A DNA stretch of 64,000 bases, taken from IMG/VR virus record IMGVR_UViG_3300010883_000001, positions 1 through 64,000 of that record. One strand, given 5' to 3'. Origin of the DNA: a virus. The notes under the pieces are model-generated. The model was not told the origin of the DNA. It ran no database searches and worked only from the letters and a program-made list of their open reading frames with translations. How positions within the stretch are numbered: the first letter of the stretch is position 1; each line of letters begins with the position of its first letter. Shown here piece after piece: positions 36,352 to 46,884 of this stretch. The position numbers and the translations under genes are program-made.

Positions 36352-39300
36352 ATGGCGCGATTGGATTTTAAAAGTCCGGGAGTTAGCACGCGAGAAATTG
36401 ACCTCAGTGGACCAACCAGGGTTTTACCCCAGGGCACGCCCGCGGGAGTTATTGGGACATCGTTAAAAGGACGAGCGTTTGTACCCATAACGTTTGCAAC
36501 ATATCAAGATTTTGTCGCTGAGTTTGGCACCACGGATGGTGAGAAATTTGGTCCTCTTGCTATCAACGAGTGGATGAAGAACGCAAGGGCAGGTACATAC
36601 ACACGTGTTCTTGGAGTAGGTGATGGTAAGAAGCGCCGAACGGCGGCATCAGCTACAGGTGCCCCTGCCGGACGAGTAAATCGAGCCGGGTTTGTTGTAG
36701 GTGCACAACAGGTACAGTCAAATGGAACTGTTGGCCATAATGCTGCGACGGTTGTTCCAACAAATGCTGTACCTGGAATTACGGGAAAAACCTTCTTTCT
36801 TGCGGCATTAATGCAAGCGCAAGGGACAAGTAAAATATTTTCCGACGCTGGAATTGATGCTGCAACAGAGGCAATGCCAATAATCAGAGGCGTAATCATG
36901 GCTGCTTCGGGCATTATGCCGGCGCTATCATGTTCTTGGGCAAACGGGGCTACACTTCTTAACACGGTTATTTCAAGTCGTCCAGCAGGTAAGTTCTTTT
37001 CCTCTCATGGATCTAAGACTGCAACTACAAATGCTGGTGCATCATTTGGCACTGTTAAAACCTTAAGTGGAGATCCTACATTTACAATTCTATTAAACGG
37101 ATTAAAGAAGAGTGATTCTTACCCTAACGTTATAACATGTTCATTTGATCCAACATCACCTCAGTATATATCAAAGGTTCTTAATAAGGATCCTGAGAAA
37201 CTCGAGAAGGCCGGCTATATGTTATATACACATTATGATATATTTCCAGCTTTGGCAACCGTATCAGGTTCTAGAAAAGGCACAAACCAGACTGATTCCT
37301 ATAAGCTAAATAAACACCAGGGTCTTGCCGGCTCTAATACGCACATTGCCGCATTATTACTTTCATCATCGGTTACATCTGATAATGGTAGTGCTACAAT
37401 ACCAAATTATGAAAATTTTGAAGACAAATATAAAACTGCAAAGACACCATTTATAATATCTCAAAAGTTTGGTGTTTCAAATAAGAACTTATTTAGGATC
37501 CATGCTTTGGACGATGGTGCATCTGCAAATGATCTTTTTAAGATAACGGTAGAGAATATCCAGTCTAGTAACAATTCAAATAACAAGTATGGCCAATTTG
37601 ACTTAGTTGTGAGGGATTTTTATGATTCAGATGAAGACGCAAAAGTATTAGAGGCATTTAGAGGCTTATCACTAGATCCAGGATCCGATAGGTATCTATC
37701 CAGGATCGTAGGTGATCAAAATGTATTTTATGATTTTAATCAGGCTCCAGGTGCACAAAAGCTTAGAGTTGACGGCGTACATGCAAATGTTTCAAAATAT
37801 ATTAGGGTTGAGGTTACCCAGGACGTTGCACAGGCTCGTATTGATGAATCTGCGTTACCCGTTGGGTTTAGAGGTCATGACCACCTGGTAACATCAGGTT
37901 CATCGATAATGCAAGCAACTGGCTCCGTCTCCGCCGGTGTTACACTTGATTATGTTCGAAGAGTCGTACAACCCCCTGTACCTATGCGTGAAACAGTCGC
38001 ACAGGGTCAGGCACCTAAGAAACGTTCAAATGCAGCTCTTTGTTGGGGCGTACAATTCGAGATGAAAGACAGCATTGTAGAACCAAATAGATCACAGAAA
38101 ACAGATCCTAGTCTTGTATCTTTTACAAAGTACTTTCCAAACTTTGCAACAGCCTATCAGAACGTCCTTGCTGGTGACAATGAGGGTGTGGCTGATGTGG
38201 CCGGAACAATATTGGACGCTGACCGGTTTAACAACAACTTCTTTACATTAGAGAGGGTGCAGGTATCAACAGGGTCTGATGATAGACCAATATCAGGTAG
38301 GTGGTCCGCGGCCGAGTATCGCAGAAATGGCGTTGAGTCTGCTACGCTTACTTTAGAGGATGGAACAACCGTAAGTAAAGATAGCACCAGGTTCCTTGAT
38401 CCGGCAAAAGATTTTAATCATGCGCCATCAAAGAAATGGCTTAAGTTTAATATGTTCTTACAAGGTGGGTTTGATGGTCTCAATATTTTTGATCATGAAA
38501 AGGGTCAAATGACAAACCTAGCCGCAAAGAGAGAGATGGACGACTCCATTAATCAAGGCGGCGTTTCAGGTCCAACTGTTGCTGCATTTAGAAAAGCAAT
38601 AGATATTATGGAAGAAAAGGCTGATGTTGATATCCAGCTGTTGGCGATCCCAGGCATTAGGCACGAAGGTGTGGTAGATTACGCAATAGACTCTGTCGAG
38701 GCCAGCTTTGATGCACTATATATTCTGGACATACAGGAACGTGATGCGTCAAATAACGTAGTTACTGGTTCTTCTCAATTAATTGATGTTACAAATACGG
38801 TTTCAGACTTTGAATCAAGAAATCTAAATTCATCATTTGCCGCAGCATATTTTCCGGATGTCGTAATTACAGATCCAAGGACATTAACAAATGTAAGGTG
38901 TGCACCATCCGTCGCGGTCCTGGGTGCTTTTTCTAGAAATGATGTTGTTGCCCACCCATGGTTTGCACCGGCTGGTTTTACTAGAGGGTCATTAACCTCA
39001 GTAGAAGAGGTTCAGGTTAAGCTGAAGAAAGCAAATATGGATTCCCTTTATGAAGCGGATATTAATCCAATAACATCTTTTCCTCATGGTGGTGGTCCGG
39101 TTATCTTTGGTCAAAAGACATTGTTGGCGACCCAGAGTGCTCTGGATAGGGTAAATGTTAGAAGGTTGTTGATAGACATTCGTCGAAAGGTTAAGATAGT
39201 AGCGAATAGCGTACTATTTGAGCCAAATAGAGCTTCAACGCTAGCTAGATTCTCTTCGTTAGTAAGTCCAATACTACAACGGATCCAGGCGCAACAAGGT

Positions 39301-39456
39301 CTAGACCGATTTAAGGTACAAATTGATACATCAACAACGACGCAGGCCGATGTTGAAAATAATACAATAAGAGGAAAGATATTCCTCCAGCCTACACGGG
39401 CACTGGAATTTATTGCTCTTGATTTTGTTGTAACAAATCAAGGTGCAGAAATTTAA
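36352..39456 (+). CDS. Tail sheath protein 2 (paralogue)
   Basis: FKSPGVSTREIDLS, PWFAPAGFTRG, LYEADINPI, SALDRVNVRRLL and QPTRALEFI. Confidence 0.93.
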   Translation: MARLDFKSPGVSTREIDLSGPTRVLPQGTPAGVIGTSLKGRAFVPITFATYQDFVAEFGTTDGEKFGPLAINEWMKNARAGTYTRVLGVGDGKKRRTAASATGAPAGRVNRAGFVVGAQQVQSNGTVGHNAATVVPTNAVPGITGKTFFLAALMQAQGTSKIFSDAGIDAATEAMPIIRGVIMAASGIMPALSCSWANGATLLNTVISSRPAGKFFSSHGSKTATTNAGASFGTVKTLSGDPTFTILLNGLKKSDSYPNVITCSFDPTSPQYISKVLNKDPEKLEKAGYMLYTHYDIFPALATVSGSRKGTNQTDSYKLNKHQGLAGSNTHIAALLLSSSVTSDNGSATIPNYENFEDKYKTAKTPFIISQKFGVSNKNLFRIHALDDGASANDLFKITVENIQSSNNSNNKYGQFDLVVRDFYDSDEDAKVLEAFRGLSLDPGSDRYLSRIVGDQNVFYDFNQAPGAQKLRVDGVHANVSKYIRVEVTQDVAQARIDESALPVGFRGHDHLVTSGSSIMQATGSVSAGVTLDYVRRVVQPPVPMRETVAQGQAPKKRSNAALCWGVQFEMKDSIVEPNRSQKTDPSLVSFTKYFPNFATAYQNVLAGDNEGVADVAGTILDADRFNNNFFTLERVQVSTGSDDRPISGRWSAAEYRRNGVESATLTLEDGTTVSKDSTRFLDPAKDFNHAPSKKWLKFNMFLQGGFDGLNIFDHEKGQMTNLAAKREMDDSINQGGVSGPTVAAFRKAIDIMEEKADVDIQLLAIPGIRHEGVVDYAIDSVEASFDALYILDIQERDASNNVVTGSSQLIDVTNTVSDFESRNLNSSFAAAYFPDVVITDPRTLTNVRCAPSVAVLGAFSRNDVVAHPWFAPAGFTRGSLTSVEEVQVKLKKANMDSLYEADINPITSFPHGGGPVIFGQKTLLATQSALDRVNVRRLLIDIRRKVKIVANSVLFEPNRASTLARFSSLVSPILQRIQAQQGLDRFKVQIDTSTTTQADVENNTIRGKIFLQPTRALEFIALDFVVTNQGAEI

Positions 39457-39465
39457 TTAAGCTGA

Positions 39466-39472
39466 ATATTTA
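39466..39472 (+). promoter_or_regulatory. Candidate late-promoter motif upstream of tail tube
   Basis: ATATTTAat. Confidence 0.45.
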
Positions 39473-39504
39473 ATGTGGAAAGCCACTTATTAGGAGAATA
39501 AAAA

Positions 39505-39993
39505 ATGGCAGATACTCTATCAGTCGCGAGAATGTTACCAAACAAATTTGAACCGAAACGAAAGTTTCGTTGGGTCTTTGCAATAGAGGGTATTGATGCT
39601 TTCTTGATGAAGACAGCTGCACGGCCGTCATTTACTACTACGGGCGTTGAGCTAAATTATATCAATTCAACTAGATTTATTGCAGGTAAGACAAAGTTTG
39701 ACACACTTGCCGTTACACTGCATGATCCAATAGCACCATCTGGTGCACAGCAGGTTATGGAGTGGGTACGTACTCATTTTGAATCAGTATCTGGTCGTGC
39801 AGGCTATGCTGATTTTTATAAGAGAGACTGCCAACTTAAACTTCTAGACCCAGTAGGTACAGTTGTTGAGTTGTGGGATATCAAGGGATGTTTTCTAGAG
39901 CAAGCCGGTTTTGGCGATCTAGATTATGGCTCCGAAGATCCGGCGGATATTTCTTTAACCATTAGGTTTGATAACTGCGTACTGCAGTACTAA
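39505..39993 (+). CDS. Tail tube protein (T4 gp19-like)
   Basis: FEPKRKFRW and YKRDCQLKLLDPVGTVVELWDIKGCF...ISLTIRFD; 162 aa; follows the sheath genes. Confidence 0.9.
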   Translation: MADTLSVARMLPNKFEPKRKFRWVFAIEGIDAFLMKTAARPSFTTTGVELNYINSTRFIAGKTKFDTLAVTLHDPIAPSGAQQVMEWVRTHFESVSGRAGYADFYKRDCQLKLLDPVGTVVELWDIKGCFLEQAGFGDLDYGSEDPADISLTIRFDNCVLQY

Positions 39994-40027
39994 TAACGAT
40001 AAGTGGCAAAAGTACATTCTCCTTTTT

Positions 40028-40062
40028 ACGGCCGGTTTTTTAGACCGGCCGTTTACTTTCTT
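40028..40062 (+). terminator. Intrinsic terminator after the tube gene
   Basis: ACGGCCGGT...ACCGGCCGT stem followed by TTACTTTCTT. Confidence 0.75.
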
Positions 40063-40153
40063 GTGTAGCGTTTTAGTTTTAAAAATGCCTAAATTTTATA
40101 TTTAATTCAGGCAATAGAAATAACGGTCGTTAGTTTAAGTCCGGAGGTTAATT

Positions 40154-41008
40154 TTGAGTAACGATAATACTAGATCATCAAATGAAATATTCACGGCTGA
40201 TCAAGCACGTGCCATGGGGCATCAAACAAGAAACGTTTTAAAAGACGATTTCAATTTTGAGATTCCTGTTGAAACAGTTCCATTACCAAGTGCTGGTATA
40301 TGCTATAATGCTGATTCTCCCTTATTCCAGAAACAGACTGTTGAAATAAGGGCAATGACTGCAAAAGAGGAAGACATCCTAACATCTCGAGCACTTATAA
40401 AGAACGGGACGGTTATAACACAGCTTCTAAAGTCATGTCTGGTTGATAGGGACATAGATCCTGCAAAAATGTTGTCAGGTGATAGAAACGCAGTTATGAC
40501 AGCATTACGAATTACCGGTTATGGTAATGAGTATAAGACGGAGGTTGACTGTCCAGAGTGTGGCGAACGCTCAAAGCAAGAATTTAACCTATCTGAGTTG
40601 CCCATTAAACGTCTGCAGATTGATCCTGTTGTTCCAGGTGCTAACCAGTTTAACTTTGTTTTACCTGTTACAAAAAAAGACGTTGTATTTAAATTTTTAG
40701 ATGGTACAGATGAAAATGAGATTCAAAAAGTTATGGAAAGAAGAAAGAAGCAAGGCGCTGCTTCCGAGTCTTTGATAACAACAAGATTACAATATTCAAT
40801 TATTTCCGTAGCTGGTATTACTGAGAAACATAAGGTTAATCTCTTTATTAGGAGTATGCCGGCAAGAGATTCATTGGCTTTGAGAAATTATATTGATACT
40901 CATGAACCGGGTATAGAAATGGAAGCATGGATGGAATGTCCAAGCTGCTTTGAAACGACGGAGGTAAAGATGCCCTTAGGGGCATCGTTTTTTTGGCCTG
41001 ACTCCTGA
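40154..41008 (+). CDS. Tail/baseplate-hub assembly chaperone (T4 gp26/gp51-like, Zn-binding)
   Basis: VPLPSAG, EIRAMTAKEEDIL, GDRNAVM, CPECG, CPSC and the FFWP terminus. TTG start with GGAGG RBS. Confidence 0.7.
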   Translation: MSNDNTRSSNEIFTADQARAMGHQTRNVLKDDFNFEIPVETVPLPSAGICYNADSPLFQKQTVEIRAMTAKEEDILTSRALIKNGTVITQLLKSCLVDRDIDPAKMLSGDRNAVMTALRITGYGNEYKTEVDCPECGERSKQEFNLSELPIKRLQIDPVVPGANQFNFVLPVTKKDVVFKFLDGTDENEIQKVMERRKKQGAASESLITTRLQYSIISVAGITEKHKVNLFIRSMPARDSLALRNYIDTHEPGIEMEAWMECPSCFETTEVKMPLGASFFWPDS

Positions 41009-41261
41009 GGATAAGGAGATATTTCTAGAGCATATATTTTTATTGATGTACTATACTGGGTTTACCTATTGGGGTGCCTATAAGTTACCAATATGGCAAA
41101 GAATATGGTTCATAGAGAGAATTAATACAGAGTTCGAAAGAGCTAATAAAGCAAATGGCCAATCCCAGTCTAGGGCGGCTCATCATAATACACCGGATCA
41201 TAGATCAATGATGGGAAATGCTAGACCTCAGGTTCCCGCTCGGCTCAGACGATTTACTTAG
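40989..41261 (+). CDS. Downstream tail-chaperone ORF, probably expressed as a frameshift extension of 40154..41008
   Basis: The frame is open through the T7 run: FFGLTPEDKEIFLEHIFLLMYYTGF...LPIWQRIWFIERI. No start codon sits at a usable distance from an RBS. Confidence 0.6.
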   Translation, partial: FFGLTPEDKEIFLEHIFLLMYYTGFTYWGAYKLPIWQRIWFIERINTEFERANKANGQSQSRAAHHNTPDHRSMMGNARPQVPARLRRFT

Positions 41262-41314
41262 TCAAAAAAATGTTAAACGTATCTTAATGCTCAGCGCCGA
41301 ACTTAGTTAAGTGA

Positions 41315-41321
41315 ATACTTA
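41315..41321 (+). promoter_or_regulatory. Candidate late-promoter motif upstream of tape measure
   Basis: ATACTTAgg. Confidence 0.45.
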
Positions 41322-41345
41322 GGCCTGTGAACGGAGTCTTTTGAT

Positions 41346-44300
41346 ATGGCTGAAGGTAATGATGGTGGACAGCTAGGTGCGGCAATGTCCATTAATAAGG
41401 TTCTTCAAGAAAGAACAGCCCTTTTAGATAAACAATCAAATGTCTTATCTTCTCAAGTTAAGATTGCCATGGAGTTGTGTAAGGCTCTAGAGTGTAAAGA
41501 TCTAGATGGCATGATTGATCGTGTCAATGATATTAATGATTCCCTTAAAAAGAGTTCAAAAGAAGCTAAGAAGATGGGTAAAGATACCCAAGGCGCGCTC
41601 AAGAAGACGGGCAAACAGGCCGATAAGACAAAATTAAGTACAAGCTCAATATTTAGTAAACTCACGCCCTCCGCCGGCGCAGCCATGGGTGCAATATTTG
41701 GTTTCGGCAGCGCACTTAAAGGTATCGGTGGATTAATATCTGCCGGTGTTAAAGGTGTCTTTAGTCTTGTTTCATCATTCTTCAAGCTAGGCGCCACCAT
41801 TGTTATGGTCCCATTTAAAATGTTGTCTGGCCTTATAGGGATGGCTCAAGAAGAAATGAGTGGCAGCAACGGTCTACGTGACGCAATAGAAGAAGTGCGT
41901 GATGCATTTGGTAGCCTGACAGAAGCTACTGGTGGAAAATTCATGGCTTCCATGAACCATATGAGACAGACCGCTAGTAATCTTGCCGGTTCAGGTCGGT
42001 CACTAGCCAGCATATATGGCCATGGCCCAGAAGGCATTGCTAATGCGTTCAAGGACAATCTTGAGTTTACCAAGGCTCTCGGAGGTGCCTATGATGAGCT
42101 AGCGCAGACACTCGACAAAAAAGCACTAGCGAAGTTCGTCATATATAGAAAAGCACTCGGTTTGACAGGCGAATCACAGGCTGCAATTCTTAAACAGGCA
42201 ATGAATTTAGGCGAAGATCCTGTTAAGGCCATGGCCAAATTCGGTGCAGCAGCAACAAGGATGTCCAAGGCGACAGGGGTTGCAGTAAAAAATATTACGA
42301 AGGCCATGTCTGAGATGATTGAGGAGGTCGACAGTTTTGGTGTTATGGGACCGAATGCAATGTCTGCCGTTGCCGCCTGGTCAAACAAAACAGGCGTCGA
42401 AATTAAGACACTAGCGTCAATTACAAATAAATTCTTAAACTTTGAGGATGCTGCTGAGTCCGCGGCAAAGTTGAACCAGGCGTTGGGAATGAACGTCGAT
42501 ACAATGAAGTTGATGAAAGGTGGTACAACCGCTATTGAGGAGCTGAATAGATCTTTTAAGGCACAAGGAAAGACACTTAAAGATCTATCGGTTGCAGAGA
42601 GACAAATGATTTCTAATGCAACCGGCCTACAGGGTGCCCAACTTAGCGCCGCACTTGGTGAGAAAACCAAGAAGAATGAGATGAAGAAATTCAATAAGCA
42701 AGCCAGGATGCAACAAAAGATATTGGTTAATCAGGAAAAGCTTATTAAGAAACTGGGCAAGATGATAAAGAAGACGTTTGGCCAGGGTAGCAAACAGTTT
42801 AAAGGATTTTTTGATGCGTTTGTGAAGGGCGTTGAGCGTGGTGTTAAAAGATCACAACCAATGCGAAAATTGTTTCGGAATATAACAAGATCTTTATGGA
42901 TGACCCATAGGGCCGGCCGAAAAGTTGGTAAGGATTTCGTAAACTTCTTCCCCGGGTTTAAGCAGTTTATAAAGGGCCTTCAAGAATTCTTTAGTCCAAA
43001 GTCATTTAAGCCAATGCTGGGCGAGGTTGTGTCTGCCTTTAAGGATTTCTTTAAGATGCTGGATAAAGATCCGGATGCCAGTTTTGAGATGTTTTTTGAT
43101 AGAATAAAGAAGGCATTTCTGAAATTTTTTGGTGGAAAGGGTGGTGCCGTAGACAACGTAAAGTCGGGTGGATCAAAAATACTCAAAGCATTTGGGCAAA
43201 TATTTAAACATCTGTTAATCAAGGCCGCCGAAGGTGTGGCATTCCTTCTGAATAAGTTGGCAGATCTGATAGAGAATCCGGCCCCGCTAGTGACGGCTGC
43301 CAGTAAGGCGTGGAACACTCTAGCAGATGCTTTTGGTAGAATATGGGAGATACTCATTACCAAGATTGCCCCCCCACTTGGCCGGGCCTTTGAGAGATTA
43401 TTCACAGTAATAGGAAAAAAACTAGGTAGCTCTGGTGTTCTTAAAAAAGTCTTTAGCGTATTGGCCAAAGTTTTCATCGCTAAATTGATGCTATCAATGT
43501 TAGCCAACGCGATAAAGGGTGGCCTTGTAATTACAATAGGTAGGAAGATTGCCTCTTTTCTTGCCATGGCAATGACCCCTAAAGTCCCGGGTCCAGTTAC
43601 GGGATTTTGGACAACTTTATTTACTCAAAGTGCTACCACATCGACAGCTGCAGCCGCAAACGCAAAAGCTCCTGTCGCTCTAGGTATTGCCGGCATCCAA
43701 AAGATAATACCTTTTATATTGGCCTTAGCACTTTTGATTCCTGCGGTATATGTTCTTTATCAGGTTGCAAAGTCAATGAAGTCTTCTGCGATTGCAAAGA
43801 CTGCATTACTCATGGCCGCCGTTGCCGGTATGGCTGTTGCCGTCGCCGCCACTGCATACGCATTAACTACAGTAGCTGCATCACCCGCAGAGACGGCCCT
43901 GGCTGGCGTGCCTAAGATGGCAATGGTGATGGCAGGCGTCGGCGTCGTGGCCCTAGCAATAGTTGCCCTAATGTCTACGTTGCCGAAGATAGAAACGTCT
44001 GTTATTGTTGCATTTGTGGCAGCGATGTTGGGAATGGTCCTGGGGGCTATACCAATATACATGGCCGCCGTCGCGATGGGGACGGTAACAATGGCATCCG
44101 GAGGCCTGGATCAGGCAGCATTGGTTGCTGGCCTATGGACATTAACAGCAGTGATGGCCGTTGTTGGTCTTTTAGGTGTAGCCATGGTCGCATCAATGAG
44201 TATGTTCTCCAAGGATTCTGCTGAAAAGACAAAGAACATTATGGGTCCATTAGCCTCATTACTAGCGGTGGTTGGTCTGACCCTAATTCCTGCAATATTA

Positions 44301-46862
44301 ATTGCGGGTATAGCATCCGCGGGAATACTTGGAGCTATTGCTTTGGTGGCCGGTCTCGGTGCACTAGCGATCGTCTTTGATGCAATTGTAGGTGAGGGTG
44401 GTGTGGCCGAGAGGATGGTCAAGTTAGCAGATTTAAAGGTTGGAAATCCTGGTAATTTTAAGCAGGTTGTTGAGGGTATATCTGCTGGAATTAAGGCCGG
44501 TGCATGTCTGATGATGGCATTGGCTGAGATAATTGACCAGGCAGATGACTTTGCCGATAATCATGAAGAGATGGATATGATCCTAGGTCATATGAAAAAT
44601 CTCATTGATGCAGTCTTGAAAAATGGGATTGTTTCGATTGTTGACAAGTTGGCAGAGTTAGCAAAGATAAAAGATATTAGCTCTGAGGCCGGCCCAGCAA
44701 TTCGAGCCATATCAGGCGCAATTAATGCTTCAGCTGCGATGATGAAGGCAGTGCAGTTTCCAAAAGAGATGTTCTCGATGATCGAAGAGTTAGATGACCC
44801 GGACATGATAAATCAGGTCTTTACCAAAATGCTAGCCCACCAAAAAGCTGTTTTTGACACGATGACAAAGAAAGATGGCTTGCTTGATGTTGTTATCGAT
44901 AAATTTATGTCTCCAGAATTTACCTCTCGCCTCAGCAAGATTCCGGAACCAGAGAAGGTTGCAAAGCTCATAGGTGGTCTTTCTAAGATGATTGGTACCG
45001 TCATGAAGATTGGTTCCGCATTTTCGATGAACCCCCAAGAGGCTAGCGTATTGAATAAGTTGACGGAGGAGGATGATGATGAGACCCTGGACGCAATAAA
45101 GGCACTGAACGATCGTCAAGATAAAATGATGCAGAATATGCCGGCGATGCTAACAGTAATGATGGATGGTGTCAAAGGCATGGTCACAGAACTGGGTCCA
45201 ATTTTCAAAAAAATAGAGACCTTCTCAGGTTCAACTGAAAAAATGCAGGCCGGTGGTTCTATTATTTCGGCTGTCATGTCTGGAGCGGCAGCGGTTTTAG
45301 GTGCGGTAGTTCAGGCCGTGGTACCAATTATTGATATGCAAAAGAGTATTGTTTCAAAGCAGAAAGGCCCGCTAGCTGCAGCGCAGCAGGGCAGTAGTTT
45401 CAAGTTATCCAAACTCATGGGTCCCATAAGCAATCTAATGACCGATGTTTTGGGTGCCATTAATAATCTAGATCTAACAAAGATGTTCAAGGGAATTATG
45501 GAGGCCGTATCGATCCCAACTGCCTATACTACACGAATTGAGGCTGCTGCAAAGCTATTGGGTCCGATCGTGGGTATGATAGGAACAATAATCCAGGCAA
45601 CAAGCCAGTTGGCTACTACATTTTTAAAGAATAATACTGAAAAATTCGCGAAAGATGTTAGCAAAAAGAAAGATGCTGCCGGCAATGCAATAGATGCAAC
45701 CAAGTCTACCGGTGATAGTGTAAAGCACATAATGGGATCTATAGGTGAAATATTTAAGCAAATTGATGTGGGTCCAGCCATTAAATCAGCACTCGCTGCA
45801 GCAAGGGGCTTGGGTAAGAGTAAGGGCGCTCTTAAAAGTGTCCAGACGATAACCGGTCTAATGGCCGCTGTAATGAGTATGATATCAGGTATAGCAGGGG
45901 TCTTATCAGCAAGTGAAGATGCTGTCAAGGATTCTCCGGCATATACAAATGCCAAACGTTTGCTTGATTATAATGAGGATTCATGGGAGAAAACGTACAA
46001 AACCGCAAGTCACTCCCAAGGGGCAGCATATGTGGCAACCAAGGCCAAACACTCAGAGAAGATGGCAGACCTTCGTAAAGCGGCAATTGAGGATTCCGTT
46101 CCCAGAATAACGAGGTCGATGGAAAAAATGGGCGGCTTGATGAAGGCCGGCGGCCCGATCGATAAGATGATTAAGGGGATTTCGGATAAAGATGGTATCG
46201 GTGCGATTCCAAAAAATATTGTTCAACGGACTGCAAACCTGGTTGCGATAATGACGGATATGGGCAAGTTGATGCAGGTAATGGGTGATGAGAAAATGGC
46301 CGCGGCACTTACCAAAGGGGCAGGTGGCACTACGAAGCTGGAAGCCAATGCCAAAATGCTGAAAGATGGAATAACGAGAAGCGTGGTCAACGATATCTTG
46401 CGGGTAGGAAAGAATATCAAGAAACTGGGCAGCCTAGGGGTGACGGAGAAGAACGTAAAGGCAATGAGCCAGATGTCTATAGCGTATCTTGAGGCTGCAA
46501 AACTGGGTAGTGATATCAACACCTTTAATAATCCTGGTGATAAGATAAAAGAGGTAGGCATAGCTATTTCTGAGGGTGTGACCACATTTAACAAGATGTA
46601 TGGAATTAAGAAGGGTGGCCTTAAGGCTGTGTTAGACATTGCAAAAGCATTAAACACAAATGGTTCACTCACTATTAAGCATGATGTAACTGACAAGATC
46701 CAGATTGAGGTTAACGTTAAGCTGGATGCAGAGTCTGTTGCCGCCGCCGTCAGTAATACTAAGGCTGGAAAGGCTAGCACCCCACAATCCAGTGCGGCCG
46801 GACCGAAGAAGAAGGTAGCCAGTAAATCTAAGAGATCGGCCGTTGCCTCAAAGACGCAATAG
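41346..46862 (+). CDS. Tape measure protein
   Basis: 1838 aa, Ala/Gly/Met/Lys-rich and helical, with a central multi-TM hydrophobic block. Canonical position after tube and chaperone. Confidence 0.85.
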   Translation: MAEGNDGGQLGAAMSINKVLQERTALLDKQSNVLSSQVKIAMELCKALECKDLDGMIDRVNDINDSLKKSSKEAKKMGKDTQGALKKTGKQADKTKLSTSSIFSKLTPSAGAAMGAIFGFGSALKGIGGLISAGVKGVFSLVSSFFKLGATIVMVPFKMLSGLIGMAQEEMSGSNGLRDAIEEVRDAFGSLTEATGGKFMASMNHMRQTASNLAGSGRSLASIYGHGPEGIANAFKDNLEFTKALGGAYDELAQTLDKKALAKFVIYRKALGLTGESQAAILKQAMNLGEDPVKAMAKFGAAATRMSKATGVAVKNITKAMSEMIEEVDSFGVMGPNAMSAVAAWSNKTGVEIKTLASITNKFLNFEDAAESAAKLNQALGMNVDTMKLMKGGTTAIEELNRSFKAQGKTLKDLSVAERQMISNATGLQGAQLSAALGEKTKKNEMKKFNKQARMQQKILVNQEKLIKKLGKMIKKTFGQGSKQFKGFFDAFVKGVERGVKRSQPMRKLFRNITRSLWMTHRAGRKVGKDFVNFFPGFKQFIKGLQEFFSPKSFKPMLGEVVSAFKDFFKMLDKDPDASFEMFFDRIKKAFLKFFGGKGGAVDNVKSGGSKILKAFGQIFKHLLIKAAEGVAFLLNKLADLIENPAPLVTAASKAWNTLADAFGRIWEILITKIAPPLGRAFERLFTVIGKKLGSSGVLKKVFSVLAKVFIAKLMLSMLANAIKGGLVITIGRKIASFLAMAMTPKVPGPVTGFWTTLFTQSATTSTAAAANAKAPVALGIAGIQKIIPFILALALLIPAVYVLYQVAKSMKSSAIAKTALLMAAVAGMAVAVAATAYALTTVAASPAETALAGVPKMAMVMAGVGVVALAIVALMSTLPKIETSVIVAFVAAMLGMVLGAIPIYMAAVAMGTVTMASGGLDQAALVAGLWTLTAVMAVVGLLGVAMVASMSMFSKDSAEKTKNIMGPLASLLAVVGLTLIPAILIAGIASAGILGAIALVAGLGALAIVFDAIVGEGGVAERMVKLADLKVGNPGNFKQVVEGISAGIKAGACLMMALAEIIDQADDFADNHEEMDMILGHMKNLIDAVLKNGIVSIVDKLAELAKIKDISSEAGPAIRAISGAINASAAMMKAVQFPKEMFSMIEELDDPDMINQVFTKMLAHQKAVFDTMTKKDGLLDVVIDKFMSPEFTSRLSKIPEPEKVAKLIGGLSKMIGTVMKIGSAFSMNPQEASVLNKLTEEDDDETLDAIKALNDRQDKMMQNMPAMLTVMMDGVKGMVTELGPIFKKIETFSGSTEKMQAGGSIISAVMSGAAAVLGAVVQAVVPIIDMQKSIVSKQKGPLAAAQQGSSFKLSKLMGPISNLMTDVLGAINNLDLTKMFKGIMEAVSIPTAYTTRIEAAAKLLGPIVGMIGTIIQATSQLATTFLKNNTEKFAKDVSKKKDAAGNAIDATKSTGDSVKHIMGSIGEIFKQIDVGPAIKSALAAARGLGKSKGALKSVQTITGLMAAVMSMISGIAGVLSASEDAVKDSPAYTNAKRLLDYNEDSWEKTYKTASHSQGAAYVATKAKHSEKMADLRKAAIEDSVPRITRSMEKMGGLMKAGGPIDKMIKGISDKDGIGAIPKNIVQRTANLVAIMTDMGKLMQVMGDEKMAAALTKGAGGTTKLEANAKMLKDGITRSVVNDILRVGKNIKKLGSLGVTEKNVKAMSQMSIAYLEAAKLGSDINTFNNPGDKIKEVGIAISEGVTTFNKMYGIKKGGLKAVLDIAKALNTNGSLTIKHDVTDKIQIEVNVKLDAESVAAAVSNTKAGKASTPQSSAAGPKKKVASKSKRSAVASKTQ

Positions 46863-46884
46863 AACTAATAAGGTATTATATCAA

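Noticed and set aside
41012-41045. TAAGGAG as the RBS for an independent 41043 gene
   Set aside because: The nearest TTG/ATG is about 24-27 nt away, too far for normal initiation. The frameshift model fits better.
46790-46862. NLS-like PKKKV at the tape-measure C-terminus suggesting a eukaryotic host
   Set aside because: It is a short match inside a generally basic low-complexity tail, and all other signals (SD sites, terminators, gene content) are bacterial-phage.
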